NCBI RefSeq assembly: GCF_018350175.1
Contig: NC_058370.1
Location: forward strand, 2,666,001-2,730,000
Origin: Felis catus
Lineage: Eukaryota
Reading direction: 5' to 3'
DNA: 64,000 nucleotides
Shown: positions 36,204-47,300 of the stretch, in pieces
Position numbering within the stretch: the stretch's first letter is position 1
How the letters are laid out: each line of letters starts with the position of its first letter
Position numbers and translations under genes: made by a program
Notes under the pieces: generated by a model
What the model saw: only the letters and a program-made list of their open reading frames with translations
The model's database searches: none
What the model was told of the DNA's origin: nothing

Positions 36204-38819
36204 TCAATAAGTCACTTTTAAAATGCTTAAGCAAAAAGCAGTTGAGGAAACATGGCTGAATAGTAATACTCAATCCGAGTGGCATATGGAGGTTCATCGT
36301 GCTACCCTCTCTTCTTTAGTGTTTGTTACCATCTTCACTGCGAACCTTGACATCATCCCAAAGGCCCTAGCGTGGGCCTAGGACGTGACAGGTGCTTGGG
36401 GTGCGGCATCCACCCGTTCTTCTGACAATCAGTGGGTGCATCTTGCCCTCTCTTCCCCTTGCCGAACAGAGGAAAATGGGCAGGATGGGCAGGCCTGCGC
36501 CCTCCAGGACTTAGCTCCTGTGTGGAAGGCAAGCATCCGTGCTGGAGTTGACAAACGGGATGGGGAGACACGCCCCTTGGCTAAATTCTCTGCAGTTTCC
36601 CCAAGAGTGAAGTGTATGTGGGTCTAATCAAGCGAGATGCAGGTTTGAAGTGACTACAGGTTTTGCCGAGCCTCCCTGCGCATCAGGGCGGACAGAGTGG
36701 CTCCCGACTCCCGGTCCCTGTCGTGGCCTGACTCCCCACCTTGGACGGGTCATTTCACAGTGCCCGGCCCGGACTCAGATCCAGAGAGTGAGCCCAAAGC
36801 ACGTGGAAGCTGGGAAGGGCACGGCGGGGGGTGGGGGTGGGGGAGGGGGGCGGGGTGGGCCTGCTGCGGATGGAGAGGCGAGGGGCGGACCTCAGCCGCC
36901 TGCCGCTCCAGGCTGAAGCCGGCCCAATGGCCAGCCCAATGGCCGGCAGACGCCCAGCTCCAACCCACGCCTGAGTGTCTAGGCGGTCATTGCCAGCGGG
37001 TGGCTGGGGCTGGCTGTGGGTTCTGCTTCTTCCTACGAGTAACTTCACTACCTTCGTAACACACACATCCATGAAGGTACTAGAGACAAAGAGACTCACA
37101 AGCCAACGAAAGGATGAGGATTTTACAGGCCGGGAGGCCTTCGGGAACTCTCCCCTAGGGCCTCCCGCTTGCTTTGGGCAGGGTGGTCTGAACGCCCCAG
37201 TGTCTGCGTGTAGCGGGGGCTCCCTCCTGGAGGCGGGTGAGCGAAAGGCCCGCGCGGGGGCCGTCTGTCCCACTGGTCCATCGCGAACAGTTTGGCTGAG
37301 CTTCAAGGACGGTTTCACCTGCACCGGATTTTCAGCCTCGCAACCACCGCAAGTCAGAAGTAAGACCCCACCCCCAGCACACGAGACGGGGAGTGGGGCT
37401 GAGTCTTTTCCAAGGGGAATGTGACCGGGAGGAAACGGCCAGAGGCAGGGTCCCCTCCGGGCTGCACCTCTGCAGCGGTTATAGCTGAGCTGGTACCTCC
37501 TTGCTGAAAGCGAAGCCTCACTCGGGGACAAGTGGCCTGAGCTCACAGAGGACAAGGTGCCCCAGGTCTGTGCACCCCCCTTGGAAAGCGAGTCCTCATG
37601 GGAGGCCTGCTGGAGCGGGCACTGTGGGGTGGAAATGTGTTGTGAGGGCCATTCCAGCGGCCCTTGTCCTGTCCCTTTGGTGACAGTATCCACGTGTCCC
37701 AAGAAAGAGCCCCTGTCCCCATTCTCCGTGTGGGCTGGAAGGGGGCATATCCTCGCCCTGACCCCAGAGTCGCCACAGCACAGGAGTGGGTGTGGCATGG
37801 GGACCTGGCCCTCGTCGGCCTGACTGAAGCCCGGGAAGACCCGGCGCCCGCTGGCCTCTCGGAGGAAAGCAGAGCTGCTCAGGCCCCCTCTGTCCTGGTG
37901 GCCGCCTTGCCCAAGCCAGGCAGGTGGTGTGGGGAGACCAGGGGGAGGACGGCTGTCAGGGACAGGACCTCTGCCGCACCCCCTGCATCTCAGAGGCCCC
38001 GGCCACAGTCTCTGTGCTGTGGTGTCGGTCACCAGCCCCTGGCTGCATTTGGACCCACCCCGAGGTTTTCCTTCTCCAGGGTGCAAATGGCAGGACTTCT
38101 GCTGCCTCAGTGACCAGCAGGGGTGCGGAGCTCAGACCAAGGCAGCATCCTATGTCCCTCAGCTACCCGCACGCACCAGCCAGCCAGCGCTGCAGCCCAG
38201 GGGCCCCTCGGCATCCCTCCGTGTGTCTTAGAGCTCTCCCGGGTGGGGCAGTCTCTTCCCCTCATCCCTGCAAAGACAACGTCTGAGGCCTGCTGGAGAC
38301 TCAGAGGCTGAACCTCCTTCCACGGCTGTGTGGTCTGGGCAAACCCACGTGCCCCGGGCTCCGGTTTCTTTGTATCCGCTGTCATTTATTCCTTCACCTA
38401 CCCCCAACTTCCTGAGGGATGACACATCCTGGGCCCAGATGTGTGAGCAGACTCACCCTCTTGGTGGCTTCCGAGCAGCTCACAGCCTGGGGACAAGCGA
38501 GCAGATCAGTGCATGCAAGGGGGGGCCGTAGGAGGTGGGGTTAGAACCAGGGCTGGGGGCTGTTTCTGGACAGGCCTAGAAGAGGGGGGTCTCCGGTGTG
38601 TGGCTCACTCGGGGCAGCGGGGCCAGGCAGAGGCTCAGGCCCTCTCCGGGAGCATTGGAGGAACCAGGGACCAAGGTGGCTGGAAGGCCCTGAGCAGGTG
38701 GGAGCGAGGTCCACCTCAGGGCAGGAGGTAGGCGGGGCTGGACCCAACAGGGCCTCACGAGTGAGGATTGGATTTCTGCTAAGTGCTCCAGGAAGCCTCC
38801 GGAAGCTGGTAAGAAGTGA

Positions 38820-38900
38820 AGCGTGTGTGCACTTGCATGAGTGTGCACGCATGTGCACAGGTGTGTGAGTGTGTGCACTGTGTGTGTGTGCACGTGCGTG
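38820..38900. repeat. Degenerate (GT/GC)n tract
   Basis: Direct reading. Confidence 0.8.
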
Positions 38901-39099
38901 CCAGCACCTAGTGTTCCTGGGGCCTCTCTCGGCTCTACAATTCCACACTCTCCACGAAAGCATTCGCCACGTCACTGGGCTCCGTCCGCGTCCCCTGGCT
39001 TTGTGCAAAGGGGGGACGTGGGCAGCAGAGAGGGGAGTCTGAAGGTGCCGGGGTGTGGGTGGGTCTGTGTGTACGTGGCTATGACTCCACAGAAGTAAT

Positions 39100-39300
39100 T
39101 ATTACACTTCCTGGATGTTAGTTCCATGCCGGGGCAATACTTTACATGGCTTTTGTCATCCAGCCACCCAAAATGGCCCTGAAGTTACCACCTGCTGATT
39201 TTACAAATGGGGAGACTGAGGTTCCAAGATACGAAGAAGCCTCCTCCAGGCTGCACGGACAGCGAGCCGTGGCGCCTGCGGTGGATCCGGGCCGCTATCC
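39100..39300 (-). mobile_element. MIR
   Basis: attttacaaatggggagactgaggttcc core, with flanking MIR-like segments. Confidence 0.7.
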
Positions 39301-40887
39301 GCTCTTCTCGTTACTGTGCCTCCCGGTTGGGGCCTTAAGTCTTCAGCCATTAAATGACTTAAATCAGCTTTGCACTCCCGGAGAACCTGACGAAGGGGCT
39401 TTGTCACCGTGTGCAGGGTAGCTGTGGAGGCCGCCGGAGATGCGAGGAGACCCGTCGCCTGTATCCCGCTCTGTGCCCCATGCCATGGGGAGGCCTCACG
39501 CCCAGAGGGTCACCTGGGAGCCCGCGTAGGTGGGAGGAAGACCCTACGTTCTGCGCGGAGTGGCAATTGTGTATGCCGGTGAGAAAAGGCCACTTTCCTT
39601 CTTTCAAACCCTCCCTGAGGGGGTGGAAGCCACAGCTCATAGAAGGAGAAGGGGAACGAGACCCCCAGGACCTCCAGCCGCAGAGTCACTGGGACACCCG
39701 ACACTTGGCTGCACGGTCCCCCCATGAGCCCTGGTCCCCGGGTGCTGGTCCTGTGCCCCAGGGCATCAGCTGGAAGGTGAAGAAGGAGAATCAAGTGACC
39801 CCCAGGCCGGAGGAGTAGGACTTCCTGGAGATGGCATTTTCTTCACGTAGAAGAGAAGGTGAATGCTGGCGTCCGAATGCTCCGAGCTTCTGGCTGGAGC
39901 TGGAGACACAAAGAGCCGGAGGGACCTCCGAGTTTCTCAGATCTTGAGCTTACAAGAGCATTTTTATTACGAAAAATTTCACACATACGGAAGAGAAGAG
40001 AGGATAGCGTCGCGAACCGCAGCACACGGGCCCCCATGTCCCCTGCCCCCGCCCCCTCCCCTGCTCCCTCCCTGCGGTTATCGAGGTGTGCCACAGACAC
40101 CTTGGCATTTTCTCTCTAAATGCTGCAGAAGTACGGGACGCTTCTACAATAAACGCAGTAACGTGTTCAGTCTACGGACCTACGGCCGCGTGAGGGCCAC
40201 TGGGTGACAAACACATCGCTTCCAGGGCCCCCGGCTGGACCCACCGAACCCGGATTTCTGTCGCCACAGTCCTGGAATGTACATTGAACGCGTCGCCCCC
40301 AGAATCTGGGGCATCTTCTAGTTCAAGACCCCCGGAACCCCTCGCTCTCAGCCCCCGAGGGAGGAGCCCCCGTTCCCAGGACCTGCAGCCGTGTGTGGCT
40401 GGGAGCTGCTCGTCGCTTCGGAGCCTGAGAGACGGAGCTTGCAGCCGGGTGGTGGGACATTCGTGGCTGTGGTCGTGCCAAGCCCTAATGACCCTGCGTG
40501 TCGTTAGTTAACATGTTTCCAAGCCTTGCCTGGGCCGGGGCTGCTCTCCCGGGAGGGGGTGAGGACGGCAGCCGGTGTCTCCCACCGCCCCGTGATCAGC
40601 AGGTGTCTTCAAGGAAGCCGGACCGAGCCACGGAGGCGGATGTGGGAAGAAGCAGCCTGCCGGACAGCGGGGGGCGGCCCGGAGAGCCCGTCTCCGCTTC
40701 GTGCGCTTCTCCAGCAGCAGCCGGCACCTCCGGGGAGCATCACGGAGCCGCGGACAAGCGGCGGACGGAAGACCAGCTCGCAGCAGCCGCCGGGAGCCAC
40801 AGACCTCAGGCTGAGACTCGTAACGTCCTCCGTGGTCAACTGTTACCACTAACGAGGGAAGAGGCTTGCGTGAGGCGAGCGCGAGTT

Positions 40888-41055
40888 AGTGTTTACTTAG
40901 TGCTTAATCAATGCCAGACACAGAACTCTGCTCCTTACGTGATGTCTGTCGCTTAATCCTTCCAACAGCCCCGCGGGGTAGAACATTATAATTTCCGATT
41001 TCCAGATGAAGCAACTCAAGTTCAGAAAGGTTCGATAAATCTCTTAGAATCAGCC
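40888..41055 (-). mobile_element. MIR
   Basis: tttacttagtgctta..tgccagacac...ttaatccttccaacagccc...atttccagatgaagcaactcaagttcagaaagg. Confidence 0.8.
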
Positions 41056-41892
41056 GGCCGGGAGGCGGGGAGGTACGGGTGCCCTGTCTGTAACCCTTAG
41101 CAGGGAGCGTCCGCCGATGGGGCGGAGGGGGGTGAGTTTCGGCCTACGATTATTTTCCTTTTCTAAAAAACCGTACGTCGTGCGCACGGCAGAGCCGCTG
41201 ACTTCAGAAAGCCGGCATCAGCTTCTGCAGCACAAGGTACAAAAATTTAAATCAGATTAGGAAGCACGGTTGCTATGGTACCAGGAAGGTACACTTTCAT
41301 GCAAAGCAATTTAATGGATGTGGAAATGTGTACCTTCTAACAGGAACACTATACTTTAGAGATAAAATCCTCCAGCAGGCAGAGGGCTGATAGACAGGCC
41401 TCTCCCTCGTCGGAGGCCCGGGCCTCGCCTGCCATCCCGGCTCCTGCCAGGGAGGGGCCCGGGGTCGACGGGAACGCCTTCCCGGGGCGCCTCCGTCTGC
41501 TTCCCAACAGAGTCAAGAAAAAAGATGCCATGCTCCCCCTGCCCATCTGCGTTATGTGTTTAGACTGGTGTCAGTCCGGCTCTCTGGGGCCCGAGGAACG
41601 AGCCATTCAACTGTGGAATCTTAACCACCTCCCTGCTGCCCTTTCCCCCACTGCCCTGCCTGCACGGCCGCCTCGGGGGCTCTGAGAAGGAGCGTCACCT
41701 CCCACTTCTCCGTCCCCGGCGGCATCGATGCCCGGGCATGTGGAATTGGGGCTCCCAGTCTGTGATGGGGGCTTTCACTCGCGCCCAGAGTCGGCTACGT
41801 TCCGTCTGTGAAAACTTGGACGGGACACTCACCTTGGGTCTCCGTTCCCTCGTCTGTAAAATGAGTCCAGTAATTAACGTGCTTTTCCCCCC

Positions 41893-42110
41893 GGTTTTGT
41901 TGGGATGTAATTGACATATGGAGTATAATTAATAGCTCTAGGTGCGCGCCACGGCGGTTCGATATTTGTATGTATTTCAAAACGATTGCCACAGTAAGTT
42001 TAGTTGATCCAAGATCTATCACCTCGTGTACATAGTTACATTTTTTTTCCCTTGTGATGAAAAGTTTCAGGAAGTAATCTTGTAAGCACCTTTCAAACAC
42101 TTCAGTCGCC
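41893..42110 (-). mobile_element. L1MA9-like 3' end
   Basis: tgtaattgacata...gatatttgtatgtatt..aaacgattgccacagtaagtttagtt...catagttacattttttttcccttgtgatga. Confidence 0.75.
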
Positions 42111-42289
42111 GTGCGGTGCCTGAATCTGCTGGTAAGACGGTTGAAAGACACCAAACTCTGGCCTCGGTTCCGGGCATGTGGGACGGACTCACTGAAGGGC
42201 GAGGTCGCAGTTTCGGTGCCCCGGGTGTGTTCGATGTTTGAGGAATAAAGGCGGCCACGCGTCCTCTCTGCCGCCCCCCTCTGCTTGCC

Positions 42290-43790
42290 CAACACCATCT
42301 CTCTGGCTCCGTGGTTACTCCACGACACGCCGGCACAAGCCCGCCCACCCACCAGCTGTGTCCCCTGGCCAGAACCTCCCCCACCCCAGATGCCCACGTG
42401 CCCGTCTCCCTCTCCTCCAGATGTTTGCTCCCCCGTTGTCACCTTTTCAAAGAGGCCTCCTGGCCCCACCCACTGCCCATCCCAGACCCTCGCTGCCCCT
42501 CGCCCTGCCCTCCGTCTACCACGTGGGTCTCCTTGCATTTCAGGGAGGCTTCTGACTGTGTCTATGGCTTTCTGTCTGTCCACACGGGAACTGTCTGCAC
42601 AGGCTGTGAGAGTCAGACATCTTTGCTTCGATGGATCTTAAGTACCCAAAACAAAGCAGATACGCAAGAAGTATTCCATTGAATGAATATCCAGCAGTTT
42701 GAATAAATTTCCTTCTCCAATAGCCTGAATGTGACTCGTGCTGGAAATCGCCCTATGTAGGGAAGAAATCCCAATGAACACACGCTCACCTCCACAGGGA
42801 GGCCCTCCCTCCCCACCCAGCCCACCTGCTCGAGCTCCTACCTTGGACTTCCTGCCATCCTGGGGGCCGTGTATTTCACTTACGTGTTGAGTTTCTTGAT
42901 GCGTCCCCTGAAACCATGATTTCCAAGAGAACAGGACTTTTTATGGGGTTTGTTGTCATCTGTATCTCCGGGGCCTAACACGTAGTCAGAGCACAGTAAA
43001 TACTTGCCCGAGGAATGAGCTCCCGAGTGAAGGGCTGGGCCAGCCGGGCAGTCGTGCCCACAGCCACGTGGGAAAGCTGAAGCCAGAGCAGGTGTCACTT
43101 CAGAAGCCACGTGAAGCTGCACATTCCTGTTCAAGGCGCTCACTGTGACCCCAGGTCCACACGTGTCCCAGACACTCACTCATCTGCACGTCCATTGGTG
43201 GGGAACACCTGACGGTTACCTTTTCTGAAATTATATATTCCATGCACGCCTTTGCAAGACCACAGGCTGGAATGATCAGGGAATTCAGAGGGATGACCCA
43301 GGCCGATGGGAGGAAACTGAAGGAGCAAACAGTGTGTGCAGTGAATGGTCTAGGTCACTAGACCATTGCTCCAGAAGGAAGCTTCCCTTCTAGCCACGGC
43401 CTCAGTCAGCCCCTCCTTTACTCCTACCACAGAGCCTTTGAATAAGTGTTCCCTCAAGGAAATGTTCTTTCTTTTCTTCACCTGTTCAGGCCTACCAACT
43501 CTTCAAATCTCAACTCAAATGCCACTTCCTCCAGGAAGCCCTCCCTGACCTCCCTGACTAGGTCAAGTCCCCATTAAGTGTCCTCAGGGCTCGATGTCCC
43601 TCTCCTTGGTAGCTCTTGTCACAGTCATTGTGTCTTTTGCTTGTTAGACTCATGTTTGTCTTCCCCATCTAACTTGTCTGCTCTGTGAGTGCACAGTTTG
43701 AGTCTGGTGTTTCTTCACATTTTATCTGCATCTCCTTGCAGAGTTGAGCACAACAGACACCCATGACTATTGCCGAATGGGTGGTTGGAT
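42290..43790 (+). mobile_element. Cluster of three L2 3' fragments (about 42290-42690, 42780-43020, 43425-43790)
   Basis: gtcaccttttcaaagaggcct..ttgaatgaat; tgtatctccggggcctaacacgtag..agtaaatacttg; ctcaaatgccacttcctccaggaagccctccctgacc. Confidence 0.7.
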
Positions 43791-43817
43791 GGTGGGATGG
43801 ATGGATGGATGGATGGA
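43786..43817. repeat. (GGAT)n tetranucleotide repeat (L2 tail)
   Basis: Direct reading. Confidence 0.85.
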
Positions 43818-43856
43818 CAGATAGAAGGAAAGCTGAATATAAGGACTGTGTTTATC

Positions 43857-44303
43857 TGTGTTTATCATGGTTCTCCAGAGAAACAGCCAATAGGATCTAT
43901 TGATCTATCCGTCTATTTATCTATCTATCTATCTATCATCTATTAATCATCTATCTATCATCTAAGAGATTTATGATGAGGCATTGGCTCACATCACTGT
44001 GGGGGCTGGGAAGTCCCCACGGGCTGCTGTCTGTAAGCTGGGGCCCCAGGAGAGCCAGGGGGTCGGGTTCAGCCTGGGGGCAGCTCATGGTCAGACCGAA
44101 GGGATGGACCCCACCCCCCGCCGCCTCCTGGCCTACCCAGGCCCTCAGCTGAGTGGACGGGGCCCACTCACACAGGGGAGGGTCAGCTACTCTCCTGAGT
44201 CCACCAGTTCCAGGGCTAACCTCTGTGGGAGACACCCTCACAAACTCCCAGTACATTTAATCTGGGCACCCCTGGCCAGTCAGGTGACATACATATGAGA
44301 TCA
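43857..44303 (-). mobile_element. ERVL solo LTR (MLT2) with internal (TCTA)n at about 43903-43963
   Basis: ggttctccagagaaacagccaatagga...ttggctcacatc...tctgggcacccctggccagtcaggtgacata. Confidence 0.85.
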
Positions 44304-45034
44304 GCCGTCCAAGATATAGATTGCAAAGTGCTCTGCTGGTCCTCGAGGTCGTGAGCATGAACAATATCAAACATGTTGACCTGAGCGCAGACAGCCAGTG
44401 TGGAGAATGTGTCCACTGTGAGTGGACGTGACCCTGAGAGGCGATGGGCTGGCGGCCTCTCTGCGGAAATCTGCCATTTCTGCTGAGCCCCTGCCCCTCA
44501 CGCGCCTTTTCCAGGAATCGGGCTGCGGACTGTCCCTCTGACCTCGGGCTCCAGGGGCTCGTGAGGGAGGCCAGCTCATCCGGGCTCATCCAGGAGGGAG
44601 GTAACACCTGTTCCGGATGGTGGACAGATTCAGGACGGAAGCGCGATGTGCTTTCTCCCCTGGCTCTGACTGTCCCTGCGGGAGGCCTCGCGAACCCCCT
44701 GAAGAGGGCAGAGAGTAGAGTGAGGCTCCTCTCCCGCCCTGGAGGGATCAGTTAATTCTGCTTCGGTCCGTGGGAGTCTGTGTGACGGGGATACAAAATG
44801 AGTTGGGTCACGCAAGGGCAGCCAGCACCCCCAGGCCCAGATGGCTCATCTCTGACGGGAGAGCCACCCGTGCGCGGCTTCCAGAGCTCAGGACCCCGGC
44901 TCTGTGTGTAACGGCCTCTCTTACGGAGCAGACTCCACGGAGGCACCTGTCACTCGGGTGCTCTCTCTCACCAGGTAAACACGCCTCGGAAAGGGTCAGC
45001 CCCGAATGTGCTCCACGCAAGGGACAGGAAGATA

Positions 45035-45225
45035 ATAAACGACAAGGACTAATGTCGTGTAAGCGCGTGCTCTGTGCCCGGCGATGCATGCTTTACCCTT
45101 TTAATTTTTATCACAGCAATTTTTACCCACATCAGAAGGGTGGTTTCTCCAGCTTCTTCCATTTCATAGATAAGGAAATGGAGTTTCAGAGGGATGCTGT
45201 TCCTAGCCCAAGGTCACCTATCTCA
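45035..45225 (-). mobile_element. MIR
   Basis: ccatttcatagataaggaaatggagtttcagaggg...gcccaaggtcac. Confidence 0.75.
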
Positions 45226-46427
45226 GACATGTGACTGTGATGTCCCCAGGGCTCCCGATGGATACAATCAGTCATGATGAGTCTTCAAGAGAATGAAGAA
45301 CTACCAATGATGGGAGCTGCAGGCCGTCCTGAGCAGGCCTATGGTCGCAGGCTGAACGCAGAGGAGAAAAGCAAAGGGCACAGGGGGGACGGAGCCCGGC
45401 TTCTCTGGGGCGGGGTGGGGCGGGAGGCCACAGGCAGGGCCTTTCTGGCCAGGCCAGACCTGCCTCTGCCTCCCCCCACCCCCACCAGGGGGCCGGCTCC
45501 CGCCACCGTGAAGCCGGGCGTTGCTCTGCGTGGTGACTGGGGAAGGGACTGTCACCGTGTCCAGCATTGCAGAGCATGGGACATAGAGTATGTACATTGG
45601 GGGGTGGAGGGATGGACGGATGGACAGCAAGGGTGAAGTGTGGGGGGATCTGGAGGCCGTGGGAGGAGTGTGGACTTGGGGGTCAGTTCAGTGTCCTCCC
45701 AGGGGACCGGGGTTGAAAGAGCAGTGGGAATCCAAGAAGGCTGGGGTTCAAGGTCGGGGTAACTGGGGGTGGAGCGGGTGGGTTTTTGTTGGCTCCTGGC
45801 AGGTCTCCAAATCTTTCCAGCCTATTTCACCGCCCCCCCCCCAACTCACCCAAACCCGAGTTCCTCCCCATCTGCTTCCCAGAGAGATCGTGTCACTCTT
45901 TCCTCCCTCCCTCGGGCCTGCTGCCCCCCCCCACTCTCATCCACCTGCCTCCCCCCTGCACAGGCACCTGTGGGATGTCCGTGGTCCCCCTGCTCCGTGC
46001 AGAGCCCACGAGGGCCCGGGTGGCCTCAGTTGTCCGTGAGGTGCCCCCAGCAGCACGCTGGCTCTTGTGGGAAGGGAAGAAAGCTGTACCGAATGAGCAG
46101 ACGTTGGTGATGGTGTGAGAGGCGCCCTGCTCCCATTCTGCGGTCTGGCTCTTTAAAGGGGTGACCACGAGCCTAACCCCTGATCCAAAGTTCCTGGTGC
46201 AAACCTGAGCTCCCCACTCACCACTCAGTTTCAATTTTCTCTCTATAAAAGGGGATCCTAATAATAACATTGACCCGAGGGCCTGACCCGAGGAATACCG
46301 CGGCTCTGGCACAAACAGACCTTCCAGGGAGCATGGGTTCGGCAAAAGGACGAACAAAACAACGGTGGGAAGTGATGAGCGGTTCCCACGGAGGGGGGGT
46401 ACTGCTTATGCTTTAAGTGAAATTATT

Positions 46428-46662
46428 TTATTTATTTATTTATTTATTTTTTTTTTCAACGTTTATTTATTTTTTTTGGGACAGAGAGAGACAGAGCATG
46501 AACAGGGGAGGGGCAGAGAGAGAGGGAGACACAGAATCGGAAACAGGCTCCAGGCTCTGAGCCATCAGCCCAGAGCCTGACGCGGGGCTCGAACTCACGG
46601 ACCGTGAGATCGTGACCTGGCTGAAGTCGGACGCTTAACCGACTGCGCCACCCAGGCACCCC
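46428..46662 (-). mobile_element. Young felid SINE (SINEC_Fc)
   Basis: cagaatcggaaacaggctccaggctctgagccatcagcccagagcc. Perfect TSD aagtgaaattatt at 46415-46427 and 46663-46675. Confidence 0.97.
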
Positions 46663-46675
46663 AAGTGAAATTATT

Positions 46676-46885
46676 AAAAACAATTTTTTTAATGTTTATT
46701 CATTTTTGAGACAAAAGCATGAGTAGCTGAGAGTCAGAGAGAGAGGGAGACACACAGAATCTGAAGTAGGCTCCAGGCTCTGAGCTGTCAGGACAGAGCC
46801 CGACGTGGGGCTTGAACCCAGGAACCACGAGATCATGACCCAAGCCGAAGTCGGACGCTTAACCAACGGAGTCACCAGGCACCCC
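46676..46885 (-). mobile_element. Older CAN-SINE
   Basis: Diverged body. Right TSD taagcgaaatta at 46887-46898. Confidence 0.93.
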
Positions 46886-47189
46886 ATAAGCGAAATTAAC
46901 TTCAGCATGAAATCACCATTTCTGATTGAATACACACGTATTGTGTGCTGCCTTTTGGTCTGTCCCATGTAGTATTTATTTCATGTGTGCTCTTTTAATT
47001 AAGATTAGAAAACAATCTAGGTGAAAAACTTGTAACATAAATACTTTCCGGCAAAAGCTAACATTTCCCGTCTAGCAGGAGTGAGAAGGCCGGCCAGCTG
47101 GTGGGTCTTTGGAATGTTTGCAGGATTCCGGATGATAGAAAGGTCCAGACGTATCTGTGAGGCCTGTAGGCTGCGGGCTGGGACGGCTG

Positions 47190-47300
47190 GACCGTGATGC
47201 TGTGTGACTTTGGGCAGATTCTTCAACCTCTGGGCCTTGGCATCTTCATCTATAAGATGGGAATGATACCAGCCCGTGTCTCAGTGTTGTAGGGTGACCA
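47190..47300 (+). mobile_element. MIR fragment
   Basis: gctgtgtgactttgggcagattcttcaacctctgggcct..catctataagatgggaatgata. Confidence 0.8.

Larger units (their letters stand above)
34850..36340 (+). mobile_element. Ancient L1MC4/L1ME-like 3'UTR remnant, host of the younger L1
   Basis: gacattttgg...ggggaaatttgacatgga...gttgattttgttaag..taataatagcgttgtggtt, continuing after 36217 (atatggaggttcatcgtgcta). Confidence 0.6.

Noticed and set aside
36755-38086. Longest ORF (443 aa, minus strand)
   Set aside because: It has no recognisable domain and a G/P/R/S/A-rich composition typical of chance ORFs in GC-rich DNA, with many equally meaningless overlapping ORFs.
41795-42583. 262-aa ORF, minus strand
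   Set aside because: It runs through L2, L1MA and MIR remnants, so it is a chance frame.
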